A stretch of 48,551 nucleotides of DNA from a virus (lineage: Duplodnaviria; Heunggongvirae; Uroviricota; Caudoviricetes), in IMG/VR virus record IMGVR_UViG_2627853771_000003; one strand, 5' to 3'. Made by a program: the position numbers and the translations under genes. Below are positions 47,961 through 48,551 of the stretch, one piece after another. Position 1 is the stretch's first letter; every line of letters begins with the position of its first letter. The notes beneath the pieces are model-generated. The model was not told the origin of the DNA. It ran no database searches and saw nothing but the letters and a program-made list of their open reading frames with translations.

Positions 47961-48551
47961 TTATATGTCAGGTGTCTGAAGTTTTGCTTTGGCTCTTAAA
48001 ATGGTTTGCCGCGAGGTTTTGAATTCCCGGGCAATGGCACTTATACTTACACCTGACTTAATTCGTTCGAATACCACCTGTTTCTGTTCTTCATTTAACA
48101 CAGGTGGTCGACCAAAACGTTTCCCTGCGCCGCGGGCTCTTACTATCCCGGAATGAGTGCGTTCAAGTAAAAGGTCTCGTTCAAATTCAGCGACTGCTGA
48201 AATTACGTGCATCATCATTTTTCCTGTTGGACTGGTCAGGTCAATGCCCCCCAATGCTAAGCAATGCACTCTGATACCTGTTTCGGTCAGTTGTTCCACT
48301 GTTTTCCTGATATCCATTGCATTACAACCAAGGCGATCCAGTTTTGTCACAATCAATTGATCACCACATTTCAGGCGAGCAAGCAACCGGTTAAAACCAG
48401 GACGCTCACTGGTTGCTGCTGAGCCGCTAATGTGTTCTTCGATTATTTGCTGAGGTTTGATTTTAAAACCTGCACTTTCGATTTCCCGGCGTTGATTTTC
48501 GGTGGTCTGATCCAGCGTTGATATCCGACAGTAAGCAAAAATTCGAGACAT
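47961..48551 (-). CDS. pin: serine-recombinase DNA invertase (Pin/Hin/Gin family)
   Basis: Complete 196-aa ORF (ATG is the last 3 nt of the window); N-terminal [15 protein letters not shown] with catalytic Ser, C-terminal HTH. Confidence 0.85.
   Translation of the reverse strand: MSRIFAYCRISTLDQTTENQRREIESAGFKIKPQQIIEEHISGSAATSERPGFNRLLARLKCGDQLIVTKLDRLGCNAMDIRKTVEQLTETGIRVHCLALGGIDLTSPTGKMMMHVISAVAEFERDLLLERTHSGIVRARGAGKRFGRPPVLNEEQKQVVFERIKSGVSISAIAREFKTSRQTILRAKAKLQTPDI

Noticed and set aside
47995-48026. gix/hix-like sequence (…AAAATGGTTTGCCGCGAGGTTTTGAATT…)
   Set aside because: Only one half resembles the invertase crossover consensus, it lies inside the pin coding region, and no partner was found.

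Overview
This 48.5 kb window reads as one nearly continuous, defective lambdoid prophage of the Qin/dic (Rac-related) type, as found in Escherichia/Shigella chromosomes. Left to right: a frameshifted integrase fragment, excisionase, a large RecE-like exonuclease, IS2 inserted in ydfD, the dicB-dicF-ydfCBA division-inhibition operon, a DicA-like repressor divergent from a Cro/DicC-like gene, a YdaT/CII-like gene, an O-like replication initiator with internal iterons, and an AT-rich accessory island (orphan 341-aa protein, a small hydrophobic peptide ORF, a hok-family toxin). Then come nin-like genes (YdfU/DUF968), a Q-type antiterminator with a downstream terminator, a moron island (Blc-like lipocalin lipoprotein, IS3-interrupted DUF523/DUF1722 gene, AraC-family regulator), the lysis cassette (pinholin, YdfR-like, SAR endolysin, Rz/Rz1) and cold-shock morons (cspI-ynfN-gnsB). 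The right half is a complete lambda-like packaging/head/tail module (Nu1-like, IS66-interrupted terminase large subunit, W, portal, ClpP-protease/major-capsid fusion, Z U V G-T H M L K I J), lom, a mosaic side tail fibre with a C-terminal self-cleaving chaperone domain, a tfa 3' remnant and a Pin-type invertase. Three IS elements (IS2, IS3, IS66-family), each with intact target-site duplications, interrupt ydfD, the DUF523/DUF1722 gene and the terminase gene. No rRNA, tRNA or CRISPR array was seen. The best candidate for an undescribed system is the orphan AT-rich gene at 9531..10556 next to hok; I could not assign it to a family. All calls come from reading the sequence and the ORF track; no database search was run, so family names rest on recalled sequence features and need HMM/BLAST confirmation.
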